From positions 1-36,373 of the forward strand of contig NZ_DATBNB010000327.1 in the NCBI RefSeq assembly GCF_036554565.1: a stretch of DNA of 36,373 nucleotides. Reading direction: 5' to 3'. The first letter of the stretch is position 1; each line of letters starts with the position of its first letter. A program made the position numbers and the translations under genes. Origin of the DNA: Longimicrobium sp. (lineage in GTDB: Bacteria > Gemmatimonadota > Gemmatimonadetes > Longimicrobiales > Longimicrobiaceae). Shown one piece after another: positions 26,217 to 35,338 of the stretch. The notes beneath the pieces are model-generated. The model was not told the DNA's origin. It ran no database searches and saw only the letters and a list, made by a program, of their open reading frames with translations.

Positions 26217-27599
26217 CTACCGGCCCGGTGCCGGGAAGACGGTGAGGCTCTCGTTGCCGTCGCGGTCCACCGCGGCGACGGCGAAGAACCAGTTGTCGAT
26301 GACGATGTTCTCCAGCGTGGCCTCGGCCACGTTGCCCACCCAGCGCGAGTGCGTCCAATTGGCATCGGTCGGTAGGCGCCAGTACACGCGATAGCCCGCC
26401 AGGTCCGGCGCGTCCACCGCCTTCCAGCGGAGCACCGTGTGCGGCGTCACGGCACCGCGGATGGTCACCGAGTCCGGCGCGGCGGGCGCCCAGGCCAGCG
26501 ACGCCATGGAGGCGGTGTTCAGCGCCGTGATCCTGGCGTTGTAGACGAAGTCCATCGCCTCCGGCACGTCGCCGTACTCGATGCCGTTCTCCACGCGCAG
26601 GTCCTGGTGCTGGCGCGTGTAGTCCTCGTACAGCTCCGTCAGCCGCACGGCGGGGTAGCCGGCCAGGAAGAACGGCGTGTGGTCCCCGCCGCGGCCGAAG
26701 CGGTCCAGGCGGTAGATGATCTGCGCGTCGAGGTTGGGCACGTAGCGGTCGGCGATGAGGTCCACGTAGCGCGCCAGCTGGCGGGCGGGGACATCCAGCT
26801 CGCCGCCGCTGTACAGGTACTGGCGCAGCACGGCGGCCGGCGCCTCGGGCGGAATGCCGGGCGACAGGATGCGCACGACGGTGTTGTCGGCCGCGCCGTT
26901 GATGCCCCGCGAGTTGCCGATGATGTCGTTGTTCAGCACGCCCGCGATGCGCCAGTTGTTCGCCTGCGCGTGGCGGGTGAGGATCTGCGCCCCGTTGAGC
27001 CCCTGCTCCTCGCCCGCCAGCGCGGCGTACACGAGGGTGCCGTCGAAGCGGTGCTTGCTCAGCACGCGCGCGGCCTCGATCACCGCCGCCGTACCGGACG
27101 CGTCGTCGTTGGCGCCCGGCGCGTCGGAGGTGTCGTTCATCACGTCCGTCACGCGCGAGTCGAAGTGCCCCAGGATCAGCACGTGGCGGTTGGGGTCCGT
27201 TTGCCCGCGCTGGATGGCGACCACGTTCACCACGCGCGTGTCGCGGCGAATGCGCCCGTTCGGCGCGCCGGGAATCACCTCGCTGACGTACTGCACGTCC
27301 AGGCACCCGCCGCACTCGCGCGAGATGCGCTGGAACTCGGCGAAGATCCACCGGCGCGCCACCCCAATGCCCCGCGTGGCCGAAACCGTGTCCGACGTCG
27401 TGTGCCGCGTGCCGAACGCCGCCAGCCGCCGCACGTCGGCCTCCAGGCGCGCGGGCGACACCTGGCGGACGATCTCGTGGATGCGCGGGTTCTCGGCGCC
27501 GGGGCCGCTCCCGCCGGCGGAGGCCTGCGCGTTCAGGGCGGGGGCGGACGCAGCCAGCGCCACCGCCGCGAGGGGGACGAATCGGATGCAACGGAGCAC
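26217..27599 (-). CDS. M28 family metallopeptidase with C-terminal Fn3-like domain
   Basis: GGAGG-GTG start; GHFDS, PGANDDASG, GEEQGL, LNNDIIG, GDH..F. Confidence 0.93.
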   Translation of the reverse strand: MLRCIRFVPLAAVALAASAPALNAQASAGGSGPGAENPRIHEIVRQVSPARLEADVRRLAAFGTRHTTSDTVSATRGIGVARRWIFAEFQRISRECGGCLDVQYVSEVIPGAPNGRIRRDTRVVNVVAIQRGQTDPNRHVLILGHFDSRVTDVMNDTSDAPGANDDASGTAAVIEAARVLSKHRFDGTLVYAALAGEEQGLNGAQILTRHAQANNWRIAGVLNNDIIGNSRGINGAADNTVVRILSPGIPPEAPAAVLRQYLYSGGELDVPARQLARYVDLIADRYVPNLDAQIIYRLDRFGRGGDHTPFFLAGYPAVRLTELYEDYTRQHQDLRVENGIEYGDVPEAMDFVYNARITALNTASMASLAWAPAAPDSVTIRGAVTPHTVLRWKAVDAPDLAGYRVYWRLPTDANWTHSRWVGNVAEATLENIVIDNWFFAVAAVDRDGNESLTVFPAPGR

Positions 27600-27800
27600 G
27601 GCAACCTCCAGACAACGGTCAGGCACGGGCGAACGAGGGTCGGCCCGGCGGCGGCGGAATCGGTTGATCGATCGGGAAAATGCAGTATACACGCCACCGT
27701 CCTCACGGCAACCGCCCGCGCGTTGGCGCGTACCCGGCCCGCCGATTGCACCTGCGGCGCCCCCTCATTGATTTGGTGAAAACGCGCGGAGGGATACCGG

Positions 27801-28718
27801 ATGCCGTACGGCGGGATGTACGACGTGATCGTGGTGGGCGGGGGGCCGGCGGGGCTGGCGGCGGGGCTGTGGCTGGCGCGCTACCGCCGCAAGGTGCGCG
27901 TCTTTGACGCCGAAGAGCCGCGCAACGCCGAGACCTGGGCCGTTCACGGCTACCTGGGCATCGACGACCCGCCACCCGCGGAGCTCCGAAAGGTGGCGCG
28001 CCACCAGGCCATCGACGCCGGCGCCGAGTACGAGCCCGCCGTGGTCACCGAGATCACGGGCACACAGGACGACTTCACCGTCACGGTGGAGGACGGCCGC
28101 ACCTTCGGCGCGCGGCGCATTCTGATCGCGACGGGGCTGCGCGACATCCTCCCCGAGATCCCGAAGTTCCACGACTTCTACGGCACCAGCATCTGGCACT
28201 GCCCGGACTGCGACGGCCCGGGGATCGTCGACAAGAAGGTGGGGGTGATCGGCTGGGGCCGCTCCATCGCCGCGTACTGCATGTACATGCTGACATGGAC
28301 GGAGAACCTGACCATCCTCACGCACGGCCACCCGCCCGACATGGAGGAGCCCGCGAAGGCGGCGCTGGAGCGGTGGAACATCCCCGTGCGGGAGGAGGTG
28401 ATCGAATGCCTGGAGGGCGAGGCCGGGCAGATCCAGCACGTCGTCTACCACGGAGGAGAGACGGAGGAATTCGACGCGCTCTTCTTTCACATTGCGTCAG
28501 GCCCGGGCTCCAGCTTTCCCGCGGACCTGGGGTGCGAGGCGGACCTGGACGGGATCCTGGAGGTAGACAAGGAGCACCAGACCACGGTGCCCGGTGTGTA
28601 CGCGGCCGGCGACATCATCCCCGGCTCGCGCCTGGCCCTGCGCGCCGCCGCCGAGGGCGCGCGCGCGGCGGTGGGCATCCACAAGTCGCTGATCCCGGAC
28701 GACCGCAGACTGAAGTAG
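27801..28718 (+). CDS. NAD(P)/FAD-dependent oxidoreductase, thioredoxin reductase-like
   Basis: GGGPAG, LIATG, HCPDCDG, TTVPGVYAAGD; start may be about five codons later (MYDV). Confidence 0.92.
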   Translation: MPYGGMYDVIVVGGGPAGLAAGLWLARYRRKVRVFDAEEPRNAETWAVHGYLGIDDPPPAELRKVARHQAIDAGAEYEPAVVTEITGTQDDFTVTVEDGRTFGARRILIATGLRDILPEIPKFHDFYGTSIWHCPDCDGPGIVDKKVGVIGWGRSIAAYCMYMLTWTENLTILTHGHPPDMEEPAKAALERWNIPVREEVIECLEGEAGQIQHVVYHGGETEEFDALFFHIASGPGSSFPADLGCEADLDGILEVDKEHQTTVPGVYAAGDIIPGSRLALRAAAEGARAAVGIHKSLIPDDRRLK

Positions 28719-29801
28719 CTACCGGGTGGCCGTGTCCGCCCGGCGCTCGATGGGGGCGTTCTCCGGCCACATGCGGTGGCGGCCCTTGAGCATGGGGGCA
28801 AGGGCGGCCAGCATCCCCGAGACGGTCTGGAAGCGGTCCGCCGGATCGGCGGCAAGGCAGCGCAGGATCAGCTTCTCCAGGTCGCGCGGCACGCCCGGGT
28901 TGTGGGCGCGCGGCGGCACGGGAGGCTGGGTGATCTGCGGATAGCGCTGCTCCAGCTCCTTCGTGGTCAGCTCGCGCCCCTCGGTGGGGGGACGCGCCCG
29001 CGCCACGGGGCGAACGTCCGCCTCCTCGTCCTCGTCCAGCTCGTCCCAGAACGCCTCGTCGTCCTCGTCTTCGGGCTCCTCGGTGGGCCACTTGCCGGTG
29101 ACGCACTCGTACAGCAGCGCGCCCAGGCCGTACACGTCGGTCGCGGCGGTCAGCGGCTGCTTCAGCACCTGCTCGGGCGCCATGTACGGGGCCGTCCCCA
29201 AACGGTCGGCGGGGCGGCGGATGGGCTCGATCTCGCGCACGACGTCGAAGTCCAGCAGCACCGGCACTCCCTCGCGCAGGTGCACGTTGCCCGGCTTCAG
29301 GTCGCGGTACAGGTAGCCGCAGCGGTGCAGGTAGTGGATGGCCGCACCCACGTGCATGATGGCGCGGATGGCGTCGGGCACCTGCAGGCGGCGCTGCGTG
29401 AGCCCCTCCAGCACGTCGAACAGCGAGGGCCCGGCCAGGTACTCCAGCAGGATGAACGGGCGCCCCTCCGCCTCGCCGCTGCCGAACAGCCGCACGATGT
29501 TGGGGTGCTTCAGCTTGTCCAGCACCTCGGCCTCGCGCCGGAACGACACGGGCGCCACGCCGTTCACGCAGTGCTCGGGGAGCAGGATCTTGCCGGTGAG
29601 CGCGCACCAGTGGCGGTTGCTCCACACCTGGTACAGCTCCGTCATGCGGCCGCACGCCACGTGGCCGATCACCGTCAGCTCGCCCACGCGGTCGCCCACG
29701 GAGAGCGTGAACTTTTCCCTGGGCCGCGCCGGCTCGTGCTCCCACCTGCGCGCCGCCGCCAGCCCCTGGTAGCGCGCCCGCGCAATCGCCGGAGATGCCA
29801 T
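28719..29801 (-). CDS. Hanks-type Ser/Thr protein kinase (atypical motifs)
   Basis: HPNIV, YRDLKPGN, DFD, GT..YMAPEQ, TDVYGLG, CL..DP.DR. Confidence 0.9.
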   Translation of the reverse strand: MASPAIARARYQGLAAARRWEHEPARPREKFTLSVGDRVGELTVIGHVACGRMTELYQVWSNRHWCALTGKILLPEHCVNGVAPVSFRREAEVLDKLKHPNIVRLFGSGEAEGRPFILLEYLAGPSLFDVLEGLTQRRLQVPDAIRAIMHVGAAIHYLHRCGYLYRDLKPGNVHLREGVPVLLDFDVVREIEPIRRPADRLGTAPYMAPEQVLKQPLTAATDVYGLGALLYECVTGKWPTEEPEDEDDEAFWDELDEDEEADVRPVARARPPTEGRELTTKELEQRYPQITQPPVPPRAHNPGVPRDLEKLILRCLAADPADRFQTVSGMLAALAPMLKGRHRMWPENAPIERRADTATR

Positions 29802-29937
29802 GTCTCTTTCCTGGAACAGGTTGCGGCTCCCGCCGGGATCATCCCCGTCCGGCCGCGCCGTGACGGAAGGTTTCCAACGCAACGGGCGTACCCTGCACAT
29901 CCGGGAAAGCCGGCGGGACAGGGCCCGGACAGGCTCC

Positions 29938-30028
29938 ATTCCCGCCACAGATGGACACTCCGCTACACCTGTGGCCGCTTTGCAGCGCAGGGTTACGCAT
30001 CCAATGTGGACGCTATTACCTTCGCCGC
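29938..30028 (+). promoter_or_regulatory. conserved upstream region of PIN module 1 (probable leaderless promoter plus operator)
   Basis: 85 of 91 nt identical to 35248-35338; TACCTT 6 nt before ATG with no RBS; inverted repeats CCACAG...CTGTGG and GCATCCA-ATG-TGGACGC. Confidence 0.75.
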
Positions 30029-30508
30029 ATGCCGAAGCCGCGCGTCTATGTCGAAACGACCGTCCCCAGCTTCTACCACGACCCGCGCACCTCGCCAGCC
30101 GTCCTCGCGAGGCGCCGCTGGACGCGCCTGTGGTGGGCAGGCGCCGCCGAACGCTACGAGCTCGTCACCAGCGAGTACGTCCTGAATGAGCTTGCGAATG
30201 GTACTATGGAACTGGCGCGGCTGCGTGTAGGGGTGCTCGATGAGGTGCCGTGGGTCGAGGCGGACGCGGCTGTGGAAAGAATTGCCCAAATTCATATCCA
30301 GCAGAAACTTATGCCCGCGAACCCTCCACACGATGCATGGCATCTGGCACTTGCATCGAAGCACCGGTGTGACTTCATTGTAACCTGGAATTGCAAGCAT
30401 CTAGCAAATCCGAACAAGGCCGCACACCTGGAGAGGATCAATGGCTGGCTCGGGTTGAACGTGCCCCGGCTGGTAACTCCGCGAGACCTGCTCAGGAGGG
30501 GAAGATGA
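30029..30508 (+). CDS. PIN-domain (VapC-like) toxin, copy 1
   Basis: VYVETT.PS, S..V..EL..G, DAWHLALAS...CDFIVTWNC.HLAN. Confidence 0.9.
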   Translation: MPKPRVYVETTVPSFYHDPRTSPAVLARRRWTRLWWAGAAERYELVTSEYVLNELANGTMELARLRVGVLDEVPWVEADAAVERIAQIHIQQKLMPANPPHDAWHLALASKHRCDFIVTWNCKHLANPNKAAHLERINGWLGLNVPRLVTPRDLLRRGR

Positions 30509-30801
30509 GCGAGCCTTTCGACGCTGCTGACGTCTGGGATGATCAGGTAGACGAGATCATCGAGGAAATCTGGGAGGTCCGCCGCAAGATGTGGCAGCGG
30601 TTCGACAACGACCCTCGTAGGATGGCAGCGTACATGAGGGAGCGCCACGCCGAAGGCGTTAGGCAGGGTCACCCGGAAATCAAGTCGTCCTCATCCCCAG
30701 AAGAGGACGCCCGGATCATCGCCGCTTGCCAGGCGCTCCTGAAGGAACGAGCGGCACAGGAACAATCCCCCGGGGCGCAGGCACCGCAGCGATCGTTGTA
30801 A
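30505..30801 (+). CDS. small helical partner of the PIN toxin (putative antitoxin), 98 aa
   Basis: ATGA overlap with the PIN stop; DEIIEEIWEVRRKM..RF.NDP motif. Confidence 0.75.
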   Translation: MSEPFDAADVWDDQVDEIIEEIWEVRRKMWQRFDNDPRRMAAYMRERHAEGVRQGHPEIKSSSSPEEDARIIAACQALLKERAAQEQSPGAQAPQRSL

Positions 30802-30852
30802 GCAGAAGACGGGGCGCATCGTCGCTCCACGCGATCTGCCCAGGAGAGGAAG

Positions 30853-31104
30853 ATGAGTGAGCCAATCAATTACGCCAAGGTGTGGGACGACGAGGTAGAC
30901 GCGATTATCGAAGAGATCTGGGAAGTCCGCCGCAAGATCTGGGAGCGGTTCGACAATGATCCGCTCAAGATGGGCCAGCACTACATGGCACTGGAGCGGC
31001 AATCCGGAAAGCGGGTGATCTACGGTCCGCGGTTACCCAGGGCGCGAATATCCACCCGGCGAAAAGGGCTGCGCCGGTCACCGAATACGCGCGTACGTCA
31101 GTGA
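30853..31104 (+). CDS. second paralog of the putative antitoxin, 83 aa
   Basis: AGGAGAGG RBS; VWDDEVDAIIEEIWEVRRKIWERFDNDP; preceded by a decayed copy of the PIN 3' end. Confidence 0.7.
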   Translation: MSEPINYAKVWDDEVDAIIEEIWEVRRKIWERFDNDPLKMGQHYMALERQSGKRVIYGPRLPRARISTRRKGLRRSPNTRVRQ

Positions 31105-31140
31105 TCGCCGTGAGCGGACCATCTCGCGCGTGTCTTCGAA
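31098..31140 (-). pseudogene. dnaE2-like extreme 3'-end remnant 1
   Basis: EDTREMVRS..(DH*); nucleotide match to 36068-36110 (GTGAGCGGAC.ATCTCGCG). Confidence 0.65.
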
Positions 31141-31215
31141 CAATCCAAACTGCGAATCCAAACGAGGCGGACGACAGCGGATGCGAATTCCGTTGCCGCC
31201 CGCTTCGTCGCGCCG

Positions 31216-31467
31216 TCAGATGCCGTGCTTGGACCGTGCGTCGCGCATCTGCTGCCGGACGCTCGCGGACAGACCCGACTCCTCAGCCCTCGAAAAGATG
31301 CTGTCGAGCACTCGCCGTTCCTCAGCGTCCAACTCCCCGTCGCGCAGGGCAAGGGTGAGCAGCTGATCCAGTTCCTGATGATCGATGGTTCCGTCGTTCG
31401 CGAAGATGCGAATGGACGCGGTCGCGATCTCCAGGTGACTGTGCATCCGTTCGTCGGCCTGCGACAT
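31216..31467 (-). CDS. hypothetical protein with two DG.[IL]D..E motifs (TerB/EF-hand-like), 83 aa
   Basis: ANDGTIDHQEL and LRDGELDAEE. Confidence 0.7.
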   Translation of the reverse strand: MSQADERMHSHLEIATASIRIFANDGTIDHQELDQLLTLALRDGELDAEERRVLDSIFSRAEESGLSASVRQQMRDARSKHGI

Positions 31468-31550
31468 GGGCGATCCGTTCTGTGGGCGATGCAGGGCTGT
31501 GGCTACGGAAGAGATTACGGAGCCACCCGCGAGGTAGATTCAAACGAACA

Positions 31551-31575
31551 GCCGCCGAACACCAGGTTTAGCGGC
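31551..31575 (-). other. attC-like 3' half
   Basis: GCCGCTAAAC-CTGGT-GTTCGGC-GGC resembles L'-spacer-R'; 5' half not visible. Confidence 0.45.
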
Positions 31576-31604
31576 AGTCGAACTCTTCGCGGGAGCCCCG
31601 GGAC

Positions 31605-32114
31605 CTATCTCGTGGTGAAGCGCACGGTGCGGTAAACCTGTAGCTGTTGGGCGCGCGCAGCCGGGCTCTTCGATTCACCGGCCAGATAGACCGCGGGATT
31701 CGTCCATTGCGCACCGGTGTACAAGGTGCCCTCCAAGTCGTTGTCCCAGAGCTCGGCGACACTGCCCCCGATCGATTCCGAGTAGCGATTTACGCGACCC
31801 ACGGGAGGCGGTGGCGCTTGACCAGCCGGAACGACCACTGTCCTGGTCACTGTGGCCGACGACCGGTACTGTCCCACTCCCCAACGAATCGAGCCGCCAT
31901 CCCCCCGAAACGTGTTCGCGCCACTCTGACGCCAAGTGGAGGGAACGCAGAAGGTAAAGCCCTGCGCGGTTATTTGGCGCCAGCTCTGCTGCGGTGAAGA
32001 AGCGACCGGCACCTGGCAGGCGACGACTGGAGCGTCAACGCGCGATGATGCGCCGCTCGACGCGCATGCAGTAAGGCCAATCAATAGAAGTGCAGACGGG
32101 AAGCGCATAAACAT
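31605..32114 (-). CDS. hypothetical lipoprotein (169 aa)
   Basis: Signal peptide with LTAC lipobox; atypical codon use. Confidence 0.75.
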   Translation of the reverse strand: MFMRFPSALLLIGLTACASSGASSRVDAPVVACQVPVASSPQQSWRQITAQGFTFCVPSTWRQSGANTFRGDGGSIRWGVGQYRSSATVTRTVVVPAGQAPPPPVGRVNRYSESIGGSVAELWDNDLEGTLYTGAQWTNPAVYLAGESKSPAARAQQLQVYRTVRFTTR

Positions 32115-32155
32115 CCTGGTTGACGTTGAAGGTCCAGCTTGTTGCTCAGTGCCTC

Positions 32156-32220
32156 AGTGAACGGAAGCGTATGCGCTAGCGAGGGATGCGCATCTCATCC
32201 GCGGCATCGGTTCGTCAGGG
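32156..32220 (-). other. degenerate attC-like site
   Basis: CCCTGAC (contains the stop of the upstream gene)-GAACCGATGCCGCGGATGAG...CTCGC...CCGTTCAC. Confidence 0.4.
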
Positions 32221-32706
32221 CGGGGGTGCGGCGCCAGGCGGGCGTGGCGGCCGGCTCGAGTTGTCCATGTCCGAGAAGATGAGCCATCGGCCGTCTGGCC
32301 CGCGGCGGAGCGTCAGCGTGAACTTCCCCTGGTCACCCGGCGCATCGCCATAGCCGTACGCGCCGATGATGTAGCCCGCCGTGTCCGCAGTCGCGGCCGC
32401 GAGCGCCCGCAGGCGGAGCGGCCCCCCTGCCTGGCCGGCGTATGCCGTCTGGATGGCGGCCCGCCCGCGGATGGGCGCACGCCCGCCCTGCAGAACGAAG
32501 CCATCCTCCGCGAAGAGCGCGGCCACGCCCGCTGCGTCGCCGCGCCGCCAGGCGGATTCGTAGTCGCGAAGCACCCGATCCAGCTCCGGCGACAGTTCCA
32601 CCGTGGGGTGCTCGGCAGGGGGCGCCGGCGCGGCCTGCGCGTGCGACTCACCGGCGAGGCCGATCACGAGGAGCGACGTCAGAACGGCTGCGAGGCGCAT
32701 GGGCAT
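32215..32706 (-). CDS. secreted NTF2-like (SnoaL/DUF4440/YybH-like) protein
   Basis: Signal peptide; YE.AW..GDAA..AALF.EDG, GRAAI, GKF.L.LRR..DGRWLI..D. Confidence 0.88.
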   Translation of the reverse strand: MPMRLAAVLTSLLVIGLAGESHAQAAPAPPAEHPTVELSPELDRVLRDYESAWRRGDAAGVAALFAEDGFVLQGGRAPIRGRAAIQTAYAGQAGGPLRLRALAAATADTAGYIIGAYGYGDAPGDQGKFTLTLRRGPDGRWLIFSDMDNSSRPPRPPGAAPPP

Positions 32707-32724
32707 GGTGGGTCAAAGGTGAGC

Positions 32725-32819
32725 CTCTAAGGAATCAAGGGCCAGGTGCGGAGCCGGCGCGCAAGCGTCCTGCTGCACAATAGCCGAGGCTTGGCGTCGG
32801 CGGCAACACTTGGTGCGGC
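32725..32819 (-). other. degenerate attC-like site
   Basis: GCCGCAC-CAAGTGTTGCCGCCGACGCC...CTTGCGCGCCGGCTCCGCACC...CTTAGAG; shares the CTTGCGCRCCGGC core with 34866 and 36187. Confidence 0.5.
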
Positions 32820-32866
32820 GGCGTGGCCCAGTGTGCGCCAGACCCAGCCAGCGGTTCCAAAGGTGG

Positions 32867-33400
32867 CTACGCTCCCGGATAGCGACGGTGCTCGGGCGGC
32901 TGCCTGCGCGGTACGTCGACCCCGTAGGCGCGCTCACTCCCTGGCCTGATCAGGAGCCAGCTGAGGAGTGTGCCCGGAAACCCGAAGATGAAGGAGATGA
33001 TTCGCCACCCCGCGCTGCGGCTGTTCTGCGCGCGCATGCCGGCGTAGCTGAAGTTTGCGAGAACCCAAACGCTGGAAACGCCCGTGTCACGCGCAGTTTC
33101 CGCAGACGACGATATCGCCTGCGCGAAAGTGACGCTTGGTGACGACAGGAGAACCAGCAGAGCCGGAACGAGGCCGCAGAATCTGGTCTTCAAATGTCCT
33201 GCGCCATCTGCTCGACGGTGAGCGGCAACGTGAGAGGTGTCGAAGGAGAGGCAGCGGAACGCGGACGAGTGCGCCTCGAGCTGGGGTGACCAGCCGCGGC
33301 CGTGCACGCCGACCCCGTGGATGAAGGGTACGGGCGGACCCTCGCCCACCACTTCGTAGGCGAGCGGGCACGCGCCGTTATCGAGGCTTTGTGCGCTCAC
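32867..33400 (-). pseudogene. truncated alpha/beta-hydrolase 5' part fused to an unrelated membrane-protein fragment
   Basis: LAYEVVGEGPPV.FIHGVG...W.PQ...FRCLSFD; PLTVEQMAQD continues in another frame; no nucleophile motif follows. Confidence 0.65.
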
Positions 33401-33444
33401 TGGAGAAAACCTGGTCCGGCCCGGACGCCTCCTGCGACTTCACG

Positions 33445-34752
33445 TCACTGGAAGGTCGAAAACAGGTCGTGCGCCGGAAACGATGTGACGCCCGCAAGCG
33501 CAGTCCAGAGCGCCGCCTCCAGCGCGGGCTCTGAGTTGGGCGTCAGGGAGCGGGCGTTGAACAGTCCGACCATCGAGAAGTTGTCATGCGAGCGCACGAG
33601 CATGGCCGTCGTGCCGGGCAGCGATCCCCCGTGCCACCAGTTCGCGTCGCCCTGGGTTGGGCGGACGAACCATCCCAATCCGTAAAAGCACGCGCCACTG
33701 GCACATACCGTGGGGCCGGTGCTGGTCATCTCCGCGACGAGCCCGGGGGGGAGGATGTCCGGACGACTGGCGCGGCCGTCCACGCCGCCCAGGAACCGCA
33801 GGAGATCGACGGTCGATGAAACCCAGGCGCCACTTGCATCCGACACTTCGAGGTGAAAGCCGCCATAGTTCATGGGCACCGCGCCTTCGCCCGGGAACAC
33901 GGATGGCACCAGCGGCGCGGTCATGCCCAGGCCGGGGTCCAGCGGCGAATAGTACTTCACCTCCTCCGGGTGCGCGTCGCCCATGCGCGACCTGCCCTGC
34001 CGCGTGCGATTGGCGCCTATGGGCTGCAGCACGCGTGTGCGCACGTACTCCTCGTACCGCATGCCGCTCACGCGCTCGATTACGCGGCCGAGGATGATAT
34101 ACCCAAAGTTCGAGTAGGCGAACTTTTCCCCCGGGTTGAAGTCCAGCGGCATTCCCTTCATGTACCGGATGAGTGTTTCACCGGACGCCGGCGCGGGCGC
34201 GTTGACCGCGGCCGCGGCGATCACCGGGCGATCGATGGGATCGAATCCGCCGTTCGGCTTGGTACGATCCCAGCCCCCGGCGTGGTTGAGCAGGTGCCGG
34301 ATGGTGATCTGCTCCCACCGGGGATCGACGGTCGCCCCCGGCGCGGGGGCGAGGTGCGCGATGAACGGCGCCACGCGGTCGTCGAGCCCGAGCTTGCCTT
34401 CTTCCACCAGCTTCATGACAGCGGCGGCGGTGATCGGCTTGGACACGCTCGCGATCCGGAACAGCGCTTGGGGCTGCACCAGCGTCTTGCTCTCGACATC
34501 CGCGTACCCGAACCCTCGCGCATAGATCAGCTTGCCGTCGCGCATGACGGCGACTGCGCCACCCGGAATCGCGAACTTCCGCATGAAATCGCTGATCGTC
34601 TTATCGTACGACTCCATTCCCGGCACCGCGGCACCGCTGATCGGAATCTCCGCGGGCGTGACCGGAGGAGAGACAGGGGGCGGCTTCTCGTCGCATGCGA
34701 CGAACGACGCAGCCACCAACAGCCCGGCCAGCAACGCTCTTGCGCGTTTCAT
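33445..34752 (-). CDS. serine hydrolase (beta-lactamase class C/R61-like) lipoprotein, 435 aa
   Basis: FVAC lipobox; FRIASVSK (SxxK), LLNH..G, PG.KFAYSN.GY, WHGGSLPG. Confidence 0.93.
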   Translation of the reverse strand: MKRARALLAGLLVAASFVACDEKPPPVSPPVTPAEIPISGAAVPGMESYDKTISDFMRKFAIPGGAVAVMRDGKLIYARGFGYADVESKTLVQPQALFRIASVSKPITAAAVMKLVEEGKLGLDDRVAPFIAHLAPAPGATVDPRWEQITIRHLLNHAGGWDRTKPNGGFDPIDRPVIAAAAVNAPAPASGETLIRYMKGMPLDFNPGEKFAYSNFGYIILGRVIERVSGMRYEEYVRTRVLQPIGANRTRQGRSRMGDAHPEEVKYYSPLDPGLGMTAPLVPSVFPGEGAVPMNYGGFHLEVSDASGAWVSSTVDLLRFLGGVDGRASRPDILPPGLVAEMTSTGPTVCASGACFYGLGWFVRPTQGDANWWHGGSLPGTTAMLVRSHDNFSMVGLFNARSLTPNSEPALEAALWTALAGVTSFPAHDLFSTFQ

Positions 34753-34865
34753 GAGTACTTTCCGATTGCGGTTGCGCGTGCGGAGTCCGCCTGATGAATG
34801 ACGAACCCGGCACGATCGGACACACGCAGGGGTTCTGGTCAAGCAGCTCGCGGCTGCCAGACCCC

Positions 34866-34963
34866 GCCGAACGACACAAGGGTCATGAGTGCCGCGCCGG
34901 CGCGCAAGACTTTCCTTCGCAAACCAAGCAAGGCCCCACACCCGCTGCAGCCGAGTGTCAGGC
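34866..34963 (-). other. attC-like site (degenerate, 98 bp)
   Basis: GCCTGAC-ACTCGGCTGCAG...GGGGCCTTGC...CTTGCGCGCCGGC...GTC-GTTCGGC; homologous to 36187-36260. Confidence 0.65.
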
Positions 34964-34973
34964 AGACCGAAGG

Positions 34974-35172
34974 CGGGAAGAACGCGTGGGCCTGCAGGTT
35001 CGTCACGCCGTCCGCCCCCAGCTTTCCGCGCACGGCCAGGATGCCGTTGGGGAGCTGGGGCCGAAGGCCACGTCCAGCCCCCGTCTCGTCCTCCAGCCCC
35101 ACGAACACGAAGCCCTCGCCCGTGCCCCGCCGCTGATGAACGATCACCACCCCCCAGCCGTGACGCGCTCGC
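34974..35172 (-). pseudogene. dnaE2-like C-terminal OB-fold remnant 2 (frameshift plus internal deletion)
   Basis: GVVIVHQRRGTGEGFVFVGLEDETG resembles the DnaE2 RQRPGTAKG..F.TLEDETG motif; then LAVRGKLGADGVTNLQA..FFP. Confidence 0.8.
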
Positions 35173-35247
35173 TGTAACCCTGATAGGGGTGCACAAGCAT
35201 ACCCCTGCCAAGGTGGGAGCATTAGTAACCGAATATTACATCCATCT

Positions 35248-35338
35248 ATTCCCGCCACAGGTGGACACTGCGCTACGCCTGTGGCCGCTTTGCAGCGCGG
35301 GGTTACGCATCCAATGTGGACGCCGTTACCTTCGCCGC
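35248..35338 (+). promoter_or_regulatory. conserved upstream region of PIN module 2
   Basis: 85 of 91 nt identical to 29938-30028. Confidence 0.75.
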
